A stretch of 64,000 bases of DNA from Octopus vulgaris (GCA_951406725.2 OX597817.1:116622001-116686000); one strand, 5' to 3'; shown: positions 1-13,104, counted from the stretch's first letter. Numbers and translations: made by a program. The notes: generated by a model from the letters alone, not told the origin.

Positions 1-560
1 GGCCATGCAATGGTATCAAATCAGGATATCCTTTTTATGATGCAATCCTTTGAAATGTTTCGACATCAGAATCATTTCAGTAATGTGCATGACCATTGCT
101 TGTTAATGAGCTGCAAAATGAATATGATTTTTAGCCTGGCTCAAGATTTGCCAGATTTACTTCATTTTTCGTAGATATCTTATTGGTTATATGCAATGCA
201 GAATCATTAAAATTGGTATTATGCACATGTGCATTTCTGACCACAAATAGAGCCCTGTTTTTTTGTTTTTTTACATAATACACAGACACATATTGTTTCA
301 GGTGGTGATTATCTATTATTAGCTTGCTTTGTTTGGGAAATTTTCAATGGTTAACAAGACAGACTACTGCACTAAGATTTTTTAAAGTGGTTTGCTAACT
401 GCAAAGAGAAAGAGAGTGTAACACAGCAACGATATGGTAGAGCCAGCTGAGAGAATGGCTAGAACCAAGAGAGAGGATGATGATCAGCAAACTGTAAAAC
501 AAAAGTTTGAAGCAGGTTAGCATATTTGATGTAGTACTTGATGAAATTTTATATAATTCA

Positions 561-884
561 AATGACACCTTTAATGTTGACAACAGTAATTTTCTACATT
601 AATAATTCTAAATTACTATTAGTGAAGTGGTCAACCATATATATTTTCATAAAAAGTATGTAGAGGTGAGTGAATCTTATCTCTTTGGCATATGTTGATA
701 ACACCTGACATGCTTCAGTCTTAATGACACCTTTAATGTTGACAACAGTAATTTTCTACATTAATAATTCTAAATTACTATTGGTGAAGTGGTCAACCAT
801 ATATATTTTTATAAAAGGTATATAGAGGTGAGTGAATCTTTTCTTTTTGGCATATGTTGATAACACCTGACATGCTTCAGTCTT
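561..884. repeat. Tandem duplication, 2 x 162 bp
   Basis: aatgacacctttaatgttgac...catgcttcagtctt occurs at 561-722 and 723-884 with only a few substitutions. Confidence 0.95.
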
Positions 885-1276
885 ACATAGTCAGTTATTC
901 AAACTCTTTCACTGACAAAAAGAATATAAGATATATTTTGAATGAGTGCAAAACATATTTCATGGTTGAAGAAAGTTTCAACTCAGGCTTTGCAGGTAAT
1001 TATAGATATCAGAAATGGAAAAAGTGTGCCATAATATGAGCTGAAAGGACTCAGATATTTCTTGTTGTTGCCATGCAGCTCTTCTCCATTGGAGTATACT
1101 TTGTGGTTGAAAGGTGATGAAATTAAGTGTTTCTATTAATATTTGATAGAAAGAATGGCTTTCCTTTTGTATTAGTGTTACATAAACTTATGTTTAGATA
1201 TATGCTTTCATAGTTCCACATCTGATTTTTTTAAAGCAAGGTGTAGGCCTGAGTAAAGTTTTGTTTATGAAATAAT

Positions 1277-1489
1277 CCTTTCTAATATAGGCACAAGGCC
1301 TGAAATATGGGGGGCAGGTACTAGTCGATTACATCAATTCCAGTGTTTCATTGGTATTTACTTTATCGATCCTGAAAGGATGAAAGGCAAAGTCAACCTC
1401 AGTAGAATTTGAACTCAGAACACAGAGATGGGCAAAGCACTGCTAAGCATTTCGCCCAGCATGCAAACAATTCTGCCAACTTGCAGCCT
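1277..1489 (-). mobile_element. tRNA-derived SINE (family with gtcgactttgcctttcatcc central domain)
   Basis: B-box ctgagttcaaattc on the minus strand; shared central domain; flanking duplication ttgtttatgaaataat at 1261-1276 and 1490-1505. Confidence 0.85.
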
Positions 1490-1655
1490 TTGTTTATGAA
1501 ATAATAACAGCAATTGCTGAGATGCTCTTCACCACTTCATCAGTATTGGCCACATGAGAAGCAGGATTAATAAAGCTTGATACTTGTCATTACAGTCATT
1601 AGTGTCAGGGTCTGAATCACCAGGAGGGGCACTGTGTCAGTCATGACAAGTGTTC

Positions 1656-2104
1656 CATTTGATACAATCAACGGAACAACCTACTAACGAAATTAATGAG
1701 CAATTGGCTGAGCACTCCACAGACATGTGTAACTTTAACACAGTTCTCAGGGAGATTCAATGTGAGGCAGAATGTGATGAGACTGACCCATTGAACTTGT
1801 TGTGTGGACGCCCCCAGACAATGAAGTAGGCTAGCCCAATACGTAGATATAGAGGGAGCAGTCTAGACGTCATCAGAGAACAGTTGAGTAGCGGTGAGAG
1901 AAGAGTAGAGTAGAGTTGAGTAGAGGTCATCCGAACGTACGACATAACAGAACTACAGGTACAACTCGCTTTTGTTAGCTGAGTTAGGTGGAGCATTATA
2001 AAATAAAATGTCTTGCTGAAGGACACAACACACTGCTGGGAATTGAACACATGACATAACGATTATGAGCCAAACACACTAACCACTAGGCCACATGCCT
2101 TCAC
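1656..2104 (-). mobile_element. tRNA-derived SINE interrupted by a 152-bp insertion
   Basis: Head gtgaaggcatgtggcctagtggttag; tail shared with the copy at 63271-63664. Confidence 0.85.
1798..1949. mobile_element. Probable solo LTR (TGT...ACA) with 5-bp TSD
   Basis: Starts tgttgtgt, ends acataaca; gaact at 1793-1797 and 1950-1954; removing it restores the SINE motif ttgaactacaggtacaac. Confidence 0.75.
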
Positions 2105-2374
2105 TAAGCTGAATACATAAACCACTAATTCACACCCAAAACACTGAACTGATATAAGACATTTTATTTCTCCACCAAATAATTCAATTAGTTAACCACT
2201 CTGCACTGGATTTTATTTACCATCTACAAAAAATTTAAAGGAAATTTGACATTGGCAGGATTTAAAAGAGAACGAGAACAACATCTGCAAGGTTTCCCCC
2301 CTTCCAACTTGTTAATGAATCTACCGATATTCCACTCAAAATATCTGTAAAATAATCTATTCCAACCTAACTAC

Positions 2375-2632
2375 CTATCTCATGTATGCATACATACACA
2401 CATACATACATAAACACACACGCATACACATACATATATACATAAATACATTCATACATGCAGGCATACATACATACAAAACCTTACATACACATACATA
2501 TATACATGAATACATGAATACATACATACATACATACATACATACATACATACATACATGCATACATACATACGTACATACATACATACATACATACGTA
2601 CATACATATATACATAGTAAATAAACATACAT
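2375..2632. repeat. (ATAC)n-rich microsatellite
   Basis: Direct reading; one of many (TA)n/(CA)n/(ATAC)n tracts in the window. Confidence 0.95.
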
Positions 2633-3782
2633 CTTATATCATGCTTGATTTTCCATTCCAGCATCTACCAAATTAATTTGATAGCCATGAAATGGGTAAA
2701 ACAAAGCTTTAATTTAGCAAAGTACCCCTGCAGCTTATTCAATTTTAGTGTATGTTTGCATTCCAGCATATTGAACACAAACAAAATATCGCAGAAACTA
2801 AAAGCAACTGAAGTGTAACAAATATGATGAGAAACAATTACACATGTTTCTATGGGTAAATTATATTTCAGTAATTCTTTCTTTCTCTCTCTCTCCCTCC
2901 CTCTCTCTCTCTCTCTCTCTCTCGTATATATACATACATATACATATGTGTGTGTTTACATATATATATGAATGTGTTGTATTTTGAAGCCAATTTGTAC
3001 GCTTTTGTTTTGTTTTGTTTTTTACTTGTTTTTGTGTGTTCAATATATATGAATGAGAATCCTATTTCACTTTAATCTATCAACCTCTAGTATATAATAA
3101 TTTGGTACACTAGAAGAAAACGAAAAATGTCTTTGTTCCACCTGATCAGTTTTTAAACTCGATATTTTCTGACAAGTCCATTAGATTATTAAAGTTATTA
3201 AAACTCTTTTCTGAGACAGATTAGAAACATTACATGACACCTAAATGCTGCATTGTCACTGTAGTTGCCTCAAGAGTTTACTATTTTTTGCCATTTTTTT
3301 CATTGCAATTATATTTATTTTTTTCTTCAGAATATTACTATATGCAATACTTTTAATATGGAATTGAATAGCTGTAATCTGTTAAAATATGACCAATCAA
3401 TAAATCAATAGAACAAATAAAAATTCTCAGAATATAAAAGTGAATATAATTATATATTTCTTTCAAGAAATTCAGTTTTAAGAATACAATTTCCAATGAA
3501 GTTATTAGAAATAATTGATCTTAAAAGAATAACCTATTTAGTGGAAGAAAGTCAACATAGGAATATTACCAAATCTGGAAGTAATTAGCAAGTAATAAGT
3601 TGGAGCAATGATAATGGGGAAAAAAAAGTAGCTAAAATTATGATGAATTAAAGAATGAAAATAAAATAATTCTAATAATTAGGTATAAAAATAATTTCAA
3701 ATAATTTATATTGTTTAACAATCCGAATCAATATTTTCAATCTCTAATACTATCCTATACTATGCCTTCCATCATTAGAGAC

Positions 3783-3819
<37 letters not shown>

Positions 3820-3820
<1 letters not shown>

Positions 3821-4205
3821 GTAGTAGTAGTAGAGCCCCCACTGTCCTGATGCAGTTCCAGGCAGTGGATCTCATGGCTTCTGATCTTAATTCATTGGAA
3901 GTGTTATCACATACATTGTTTTGTCTTAGTATAAAGGATGGGCTGCAGTAAATATTCAGCTCAATACCACAGACTTGCTTTTTAGTTGCTTGACCGTAAC
4001 CAGTTGAGCATGTCGCTTAGTGGCTGACAATATGTGCATCTCTGATCATGAGCAGAACTAGTGGGGGGGAGAATCATAGCCATGTGTTGAGAGGAATTTT
4101 CTTTGGGATTTGAATAATTCACCTTTGGGGTTTAAATAATTCACCTCAAGGCTTCGTATATTTTACCCCAGTGTCATTTTGATAGCATGCACTGCTCTTT
4201 CACTT

Positions 4206-4206
<1 letters not shown>
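3820..4206 (+). mobile_element. Non-coding interspersed repeat bounded by (TAA)n tracts
   Basis: Partial second copy at about 4795-4870; reverse-strand fragments at 46200-46250 and 46355-46485; ends in (TAA)n. Confidence 0.65.
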
Positions 4207-4437
<231 letters not shown>

Positions 4438-4770
4438 AAAAGAAATGGAGAAACTTTCAAAATACAAAGACCTGGAAATAGAGGTAATCAGAATGTGGAA
4501 TCTAAAAACAGAAACAATCCCTATCATAGTAGGTGCATTAGGCATGATAAAAAAATATTCAGACAAATACATAACAAAAACACCAGGACTTACAAACACA
4601 TATAACATAAAGAAAATTGCACTACTAGGCACTGCACACATCCTACGCAGAACACTTTCCATACAATAACCATCAGAGCATCACAACGAATCACAGCACA
4701 TACCCAAGGCACACAGAGCTGCGCTCATTAGTGAAGTGAAAGCACGCTATAAAAATAAAACTACTGAATA
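4438..4770 (+). mobile_element. 5'-truncated R4/Dong-like non-LTR retrotransposon (C-terminal part of restriction-like endonuclease plus 3' UTR)
   Basis: ORF 4445-4669 EKLSKYKDLEIEVIRMW..IPIIVGALG..KIALLGTAHILRRTL is typical of R4/Dong C-termini; 3' end runs into (TAA)n. Confidence 0.85.
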
Positions 4771-5532
4771 ATAATAATAATAATAGCAATAATAGTAGTA
4801 GTAGTAGAGCCCCCACTGTGCTGATGCAGTACTAGGCAGTGGATCTCATGGCTTCTGATCTTAATTCATTGTTTTGATAGCATGCATTAAGGCTACCATT
4901 GGTTCCATGTTAAGAAGTTGATAGATTAAAGTGAAATAGAATTCTGATTCATAGTAATAATAGTAATGGTTTAAAATTTTAGTGCAAGGCAAGCAATTTT
5001 TTGGGTGTTGGATAGGTAACTTATATCAATCCAGCATTTGACTGGTACTTTGTTTTATCAAACATGGAAAGATGAAAATCAAAGTTGATCATGGCAAGAT
5101 TTTAATTCAGAATGTAAATGAGTGGATGAATAGAGCAAATATTTCTTTCAGTATTCTAACAATTCCTTACCTCCAGTAGACATATACACTTTGGCATTTT
5201 TCCTATAATATCGTCTTGCACCAGCTGCATTAACTGTGCTTTCTGCAATCAGGGAGGATAGGAATCTTGATTTGCATGCTTTCTTTCCTTTCTTTTCATT
5301 CAAATTTTTTTGCACGAACATTCTTCTCATTTCCCCCTCATTGGTGTTTCTTATTTTCTCACAGTCATGCGTCCAGGATTGTTAAAATACACTTAACGCA
5401 TAAATAGAGCCTAAAAGATTGATTGGAGATACATTGAGTGTTTTATCAATCTGCCTATTTGATGTATCATGAAATGTATGAAACTATTTGTAGCTCTTTA
5501 ATAATTTGTGTAGAGAATTTTGACAAACATAC

Positions 5533-5568
<36 letters not shown>

Positions 5569-5741
5569 CTTTATTTATGAATTAAGGCTACCATTGGTTC
5601 CATGTTAAGAGGAATAGGAAAATATCCAAGTATCTTAACTTTTCAAGCAGATCACATAAAATTAGTTATCCACCAAAGCGGTGGATAACTAATTTCTACG
5701 TATATATAAATATATATGTGTGTATATATATATATATATAA

Positions 5742-6650
5742 GCCAGCATGCTCCGATGGATGTGTAATGTCAGTGTGCATACTCGACAGAGTGTTAGTGC
5801 CCTGAGAGAAAGGTTGAACCTAAGAAGCATCGGATGTGGTGTGCAAGAGGGATGACTGCACTGTTATGGTCATGTGGCGAGAATGGATGTCGATAGCTGT
5901 GTGAAAAAGTGCCACACCCTAGCAGTTGAGGGAACTTGTGGAAGAGGTAGACCCAGGAAGACCTGGGATGAGGTCGTGAAGCATGACCTTCAAACATTGG
6001 GCCTCACCGAGGCAATGACTAGTGACCGGGACCTCTGGAAATATGCTGTGCTGCAGAAGACGCGACAAGCACAAGTGTGACCATAACCTTGTGGCCTATG
6101 CTAGGGGTGTAAGCAGTCCATTTGTGCATACATTTTCTTCATTGGACACTAAACTCTGCTTGCAAAGACCAGTTGAGGCAAGTGAAATCGAAGTAGAAAT
6201 CAAATTCGAAGACTGGCATCCGTTGCTAGTGGAGCGCTAAGAGTACAATATGAGTGAGATCGTTGCCAGAGCAACAAGCAGGCCTTCGTGCCGAAGGCAC
6301 GTTAAGCGTGATCGTCAAGTGTGATCGTTACCGCGTCACCTTACCTGCACTTGTACTGGTGGCATGTGAAATATTCGATCGAGGTCGTTGCAAGTGCCAC
6401 TGGACTGGCTCCTGTGCAGGTGTCACGTAAAAAGCACCATTTGGGCGTGGCCGTTGCCAGTACCACCAAACTGGCCCTCGTGCCGGTGGCACGTAAAAAC
6501 ACTCACTACACTCTCGGAGTGGCTGGCGTTAGGAAGGGCATCCAGCTGTAGAAACTCTGCCAGATCAGATTGGAGTCTGGTTCGCCAGACCTCAGTCAAA
6601 TCGTCCAACCCATGCTAGCAGAGAAGGCGGACGTTAAATGATGATGATGA

Positions 6651-6652
<2 letters not shown>
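5742..6652 (+). mobile_element. RTE-clade LINE 3' end with repetitive 3' UTR and (GAT)n tail
   Basis: ORF 5874-6080 ..VEGTCGRGRPRKTWDEVVKHDL..DRDLW; ends ggacgttaaatgatgatgat. Confidence 0.9.
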
Positions 6653-6684
<32 letters not shown>

Positions 6685-6870
6685 ATAATAAATATTAGGG
6701 AATAAATCCAAATTTACAGGGAAAAATCAGATTTAGGACTGAATCCAATTTTATAGTAAAATATTATATAATATTAATTAGAGACAAAACCACTATTATG
6801 CAAATCAAACAAAGAAAGACTTAATCCAATACATAAAAAATTTTATATAAATTAAATAAAGTTAAATTCG

Positions 6871-6916
6871 CCACTACAATTGTTTCGTGTCTCTTCTAAG
6901 GACATTCATCAGGTGG
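6871..6916 (-). ncRNA. Minimal type-I hammerhead ribozyme (intact core)
   Basis: ccac-CTGATGA-a-tgtc..gaca-c-GAAA-caattg-TA-gtgg; palindromic stem III ACAATTGT; GUA cleavage triplet. Confidence 0.85.
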
Positions 6917-6965
6917 TATTCAGATCTTCTATTCAATTTTAAGTTATGAATAGAAGATCTGAATA

Positions 6966-7011
6966 CCAACTGATGAATGTCCTTAGAAGAGACACGAAAC
7001 AATTGTAGTGG
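6966..7011 (+). ncRNA. Minimal type-I hammerhead ribozyme (mirror copy)
   Basis: CTGATGA 6970-6976, GAAAC 6996-7000, GTA 7005-7007; one stem I mismatch (ccaa/gtgg). Confidence 0.8.
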
Positions 7012-7104
7012 CGAATTTAACTTTATTTAATTTATATAAAATTTTTTATGTATTTGATTAAGTCTTTCTTTTTTTGATTTGCATAATAGTGGTTTTGTCT
7101 CTAA

Positions 7105-7153
<49 letters not shown>

Positions 7154-7164
7154 TAGACAGACAT

Positions 7165-7255
<91 letters not shown>

Positions 7256-7603
7256 TACACACACATACATACAGGGAGAGAGACAGAGAAACAGAGAGAG
7301 AATGAGAGAAAGAAAAAGAGGATGATGGGGGATAACAACAATAACTTCAAATTTTGGTACAAGTCCAGCAGTTAGGAAGCAGGTAGTCAATTACATTGAT
7401 CTCAAAACTTGACTGGTACTATATATTATCTACCCTAAAAGAATGAAAGACAAAGTTCATTTCAGCAGAATTTTAGTTCATGCACTAACAGACCAGTCAT
7501 ACTTATAGGAGAGAATAAGAGATAATGTGGTTACAAATTGTCTAGTTTTAACAAAAGTGAAGTGATATAAATAAAAAAGCACGAAAGCTAATGACCTGAT
7601 AGA

Positions 7604-7678
<75 letters not shown>

Positions 7679-7679
7679 C

Positions 7680-8520
7680 GTGCGCAAAAAGACGCATATA
7701 TACTTCCCCACACAACCTCTCGTTCACACACACACATGCACACGCACACACATATACACACACACAAAATAAACGCGTACACACATACACACAAATGTAC
7801 ACACGCACACACCTATATATACACACGCACACGCTAATGAACCCACACATACCTCTCATACACACACGCAATTATGCACACATGGACACAAATACGCGCA
7901 CATACACGCTCACACGCACACAGAGTAACGTACATTTACTCCACAGATACAACCTCACGCATACACACATACACACACTCACCCACACACACAGACACAC
8001 ACTGCACACAAAACACACATACACGCACACACACATATTTCAAACTACTAGTTAAACATCTTTCTACTGACCATTCTCCCACGCACATGTGAAGGGAGAC
8101 ACAACTGACATACCAAAATTCTTACAATAAATTCTTCCAACGACGTCAAGCGACACAAAGTCCAACGACACACATACACGTACGCACATACACGTGCAAT
8201 CATTACACACACATACATACACAAACCTGCACACACGCACATACACACACATAGACCCTTCTCTTGCACTCTCTGGCCTTAGGAAGAACTTTTTCTTCAC
8301 CCATTCCCTTCCGGTAATTTCAATATGTGTCTGCATGTGTATCGTTGGCGATTTTCTTTCTCCATCTCCCCCTTGGAGTTTTTCTATATTTCTGATGAAG
8401 ATCTCCACTCGAAACGTGAAATCCTCTTTCTTTTATTTCCTTTCCTGAGCGTCCAATAACACAGTACTTATACCATGTCCTCGCGTTGTCGTTCTTCCTT
8501 GCTTGCTCTTGTTTGGATTG
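7680..8520 (+). mobile_element. CA-rich repeat plus PLE-like terminal repeat with degenerate HHR (8388-8422)
   Basis: ttt-CTGATGA-agatctccactc-GAAACGTG; downstream cctgagcg motif shared with the 12375-12840 element. Confidence 0.6.
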
Positions 8521-9599
8521 ACTATATGTATGTATATATATATATATTACATGTACATATACATATACATATATACACATACACACACACACATATATAT
8601 ATATGCATATACATATACATATATATATGCATATGCATATACATATACATATATATATATATATGCATATACGTATGTATATATGCATATATATATATAT
8701 ATATATATACATATACACACACACATATATATGCATATACATATGCATAAACACACACACATATATATACATATACACACACACACACACATATATATAC
8801 ATATACATATATATAATTATTATTCATGCGGTCTTCAGTCAAAAATTCGCTATTTTTGTGAATTGTGTGTATTCTGTGGTAGAAGTGAGTATGTTTTCTG
8901 GGTTTTTTCCAGTCTAATGTCTTTAACATGTTATTTACATTCAAGATTTTGAAGAATGCTTCTCAAATACTGTGACAGATTTGTTGTGTAGGTGTGGCGG
9001 AAATGAAAAATTGTTGCTTCCATCCTTAAAATTTTCCAATTCAAAACAAGGAAAAGTTAATGTAAACTACTACAGACATATTATATAAAAGTTGTGCATA
9101 AAAAACAGTTTTTCCATAGTTTCACTTGGTAATAAGCTGTGGTATAGAACACCTGGACATCATCGTCAACACCGAAATATAATTGTTTGTTAATTAGACA
9201 AAAGAGCAGTTCTATGTGGAAACGGTTAGTCAATACCATCAACCCTAGTACCTGCCAAGTACCTCACGTTATTAGCCCTCAGAGGAATAAAAGACAAAGA
9301 GGATAGTGGGAAAATTTGAACTCAGTAAGATAGCAGTTGCATTAAATACTGAAAAATGCATGTGCTTGAGATCCTTACATCATCATATATATTTTCAATA
9401 TTTCAAAGGAATTACTATCAGGTAAGAAAATCACATATAAAGCACTAAAGAGTGTACAGATTTATGTTCTTCTATCTACTTATGTATATATATATATATA
9501 CATATATATGTACATAAACATACGTAAATACATAAACATATATAAATATACATAAACATATACACACACACACACACACATATATTATATCAAAATTTA

Positions 9600-10440
9600 T
9601 ATACAGAGTTACCCAAGGTTTCGCACCTACAAAGTCAAATCCTTGTGGAGAGCTCGTCAGACTCTATATGAATTGAAAACTTTTAAAATATCTATATGAG
9701 GAAACGCTCAGAAATCGAGGAATACGAAAAAACGTTAATAAGTACGGAGTACTTCCCCTCAATCAGAGGGGGAAAACCTTATAGACTCGGAGACTTCTTT
9801 ATGGCTGTTTAATGCGCCAGGCTTCTTATAGTCATTAAGAATTTTGGTTCTCTCCGCGATGCAGATCTTGCAATGGCCACTTCCGTTGATATACAGACCC
9901 AGATAATCAATTAATTTCCACTTAACATCACACGGGGTCCCTTGATCTTTGAGATGCCACATATGGCGGGATAGGGATGTGACAAACCGTCTTCTTGGGA
10001 CTCTGAAGGATGACTGGTGGTTAAGAAAACATTTCTGAACGAAGTACTTGCCGAACCAATATATTTATAAACATGGGATGTGGTCCTATTCGCATCCTGG
10101 TAACATATGATGCAGGGCCGGTGTCGAAGATAAATATTTAGTCCTCATCTGAGGTGGCGGAAATGGGAACAGCAGATACCTCCTCCAAGTCGGAGAGATC
10201 ATTATTTCTAGGTGCGGTGTTTGTACTGATCACTGTATCTGCATCTAAGGTTTATTCATTATCCATGGCAGTGGTACCGGTGACGCTCTCTGTGATACTG
10301 TTCCAGGCTTGGTTATTATCTCTGGCCGTGGTAACTGTATTGGTGTGATACCTGGTTAATATGCTAATAATATTGCTCTTCAATGTTACATTACTGTTAT
10401 TAGGGATATTAAGCATAGGTATCACCATAGCCTCATAGAT
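9600..10440 (-). mobile_element. Penelope-like element 3' part (GIY-YIG endonuclease relic)
   Basis: Minus translation YKYIGSASTSFR..NHQSSF..TSLSRHMWHLKD..WKLI..CKICIAER..LN, followed by an HHR. Confidence 0.85.
9606..9664 (-). ncRNA. Type-I hammerhead ribozyme in a PLE 3' region
   Basis: gagt-CTGACGA-gc..long stem II..gc-GAAA-cc-ttg-gg-TA-actc; stems I and III pair. Confidence 0.85.
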
Positions 10441-10587
10441 TACTCCTTCAGCCTCGCATCGGCCTCCTACTGGACAGATATTATATACCCCGAAAAAGTA
10501 ACCTGCCTCCTCCCTTGTATTGTGGATACTTGATAAAGTGTTTTTTTTATGTTAGATGTTTGTGCCGGTTAAACAAATGCCTGTGTG

Positions 10588-11500
10588 TGTTTGTGAATGG
10601 TTTTCCTTTCTAATTTCTTCGTCTCTAATTTGTTACTTTCTAATTTATTCCTCTCTCTGTCTCCCTTTTTAAAGCATTATTAGTTTCAATTTCCTATAAA
10701 AACGCGAAGCAAACTTACTGTAAACTACTTTTTGATAAATCCGATAATAATAAGGCAGTCAGAATGTTGGATGATTGTATATTTTATTAACATTTTTTAG
10801 CGCTTTCTTCCTTTATCAGATTTATCAAAAAAGTGGTTTATAGTAAGTATGCTTCGCGTTTTTAAAAAGGGAGAGAGAGAGAGAGGAACAAATTAGAAAG
10901 TAACAAATTAGCGAGGAGCAAATTAGAAAGGTAAACCATTCACAAAGACAATATTCACATTGGAGAATGAAACAGAATTCTCCGTAGAGGAATGTAGATA
11001 TAGCAGATGTGGAATATGTAACAACAACAACTTCTAACTACATAGACAAGCACACTCACATAGAATTTAAGAGTGTGTTCTCGTTCAACTTAAATGCAAA
11101 TATGAACTGCAAGACACAAAATCTCATATACTGCATTACTTGCCCCAAATGCAAGGAGAATTGGCAAACCTTTGGCTATGCACAAGAATCCACAGACTGC
11201 AAATCTGAAAGGAGGAACTACGGAAAATTCCACTGAGCAAACATTTGGATATATGTGAGGAAGGAAAATTCAAGAACTTCCCCTTCTATAAATTCTCAGG
11301 GAGAGACCCAAACTTCCGAAAGACAATGGAACTATATTTCATAAAAGGGTTCTTAACAAAATAAAATGGCTGAAAAAGGAAAGAGCAAACATTTGGAAAT
11401 ATGTGGAGATGGAAAATTCAAGGGACAACCTAAGGGTCCAAAAGACAACGGAACTATATTTCATAAATAAGCGTAACAAAAATTAAACAGTTGAAAAAAC
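10588..11500 (+). mobile_element. PLE relic: inverted repeat (10588-10745 / 10818-10950) then GIY-YIG fragment
   Basis: MNCKTQNLIYCITCPKCKE and, in another frame, HLDICEEGKFKNFPFYK; tandem duplication about 11235-11377 / 11384-11498. Confidence 0.8.
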
Positions 11501-12411
11501 TATATCAATGTACAGGGATGCTCCATCAAATCAAATATAAATAAATCGAAGGTACAACACCATGCCAAGATACTATACCCAACCGAAATTCCGGGAAAAT
11601 ATGAGTGGGAAGAAGTATTGCTATAATACCCATATTTGGCCCTCTCTAAACTAGCCTGTATGAAACCATGTATATTTCCATGTACATTCCGGCTTCTTCC
11701 TCACCCTTATTCAGATTATATTTATGATTCCTTATGATTTGTAGATTCTGATCCTTTGATTTAGGTTGTATTTATAATTGTGAATATATTCACTTAAGAA
11801 AGATATATTCTCATTGACATTTAATGTTTTCCCCATCCCCCTTTTTTAGACTCAGATCATATTTATGATTTTTTTAAAGAAATTCAGATCATATTTATAA
11901 TTGAGAAACCCTTTCCCACACTTAAACTTTTTCAGATTGTATTTAAAATCATAACTATGCTTACTTAAAAATTACTTTCAAACACATAGCCATATACAAC
12001 TAGATCAAAAACAACATAACGAATTTTAATAAAAAAAGATTGACCATATCCATACAATCATTCTCTCCCCTTTACATTAATGAATTAAAAAAACAAGACC
12101 TTTAAATGTAATTATAATTCTTACTGGAGAGAATCAAAAACAGCATCAGCTTTTCAAATTAAAAACTTTGACACAACAAATGTTGGTGAGTTTAGGTCCC
12201 CGTAACTTAGCCGTTTTGGCAAAAGTGACCGATAGAATAAGTACTAGGCTTACAGAGATCTCCTCAAGTAAGGGCGGTGCTACAGCATGCCACACTCAAA
12301 TGACTGAAACAAGTAAAAGAGTAAAAGATATATATATATAAACATATGTGTATGTATGTACAAACAAACAATTGTATTAGTATGGCGCTCAGGAATAGAA
12401 ATAAAACAAGT

Positions 12412-12447
12412 CTTTTACTTTTCGAGCCTACGCTCTTCGACAGAAAG
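12412..12447 (-). ncRNA. Degenerate minimal hammerhead ribozyme
   Basis: cttt-CTGTCGA-a-gagc-gtag-gctc-GAAAAGTA-aaag; stems I and II are perfect but the core has substitutions. Confidence 0.6.
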
Positions 12448-13104
12448 ATACACAGAAAAGAAACAAGGAGAGAAAAAAAACGGTCCAACATGGCGTTCTG
12501 ATTTCAGCCAGAAGTCAGAGGTCAGACGTTAGACGCTAGAGGGATAGTAGGGGAGATAACAGGGTCAAGTGACTTCGCCCCAACATGAAGGTGCGTGTGT
12601 GTATAAGAGAGTATGTATGTGCGTGTGAAAGAGGGCTAGTGGTCTGAACGTGTGTATGTATGTATGTGTGGGTGTGTGGGTGGTCTGTTGTGATATGATA
12701 TGTGTATGTATGTGGAGGTGTAAAGATGTGGGGATGGGTATATGGGCGGTGTGCTGTGGGTGGTGTGTTGTGATGTGATGTGTAATGTCGTATGATGTTG
12801 TGTAGTGTGGTGTGATGTTGTGGGGAGGTGAGGGGCGACATATATCCATATATACATCCATATACACATATATATATCCTATATACAAATATACATCCAT
12901 ATATATACATATATATATATATTTATACATATATAGCCAATCTGTGGGGTGGTTGATGTTAGGAAGGGCATCCAATCTTAAAAACCATGCTAAAATAGAC
13001 AGTAAAGCCTAGGGCAGTATTCTGCCTTGCTAGCTGCAGTCAAACCGTCCAGCCAATGCCAGTATGGAAAATGGATTTTATATGATAATGATGATGATGC
13101 ATAT

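Larger units (their letters stand above)
6680..7116. mobile_element. Fold-back PLE terminal-repeat relic between (TA)n tracts
   Basis: Near-perfect inverted arms about 6765-6939 and 6947-7116, each with an HHR; terminus ctgtaaatttggatttattccc resembles 58490-58515. Confidence 0.85.

Noticed and set aside
6290-6500. CRISPR-like repeat array (gtggcacgtaaaaagcac units; also 37880-38040, 60780-60970)
   Set aside because: Degenerate tandem units within an RTE 3' UTR in a eukaryote; no unique spacers or cas genes
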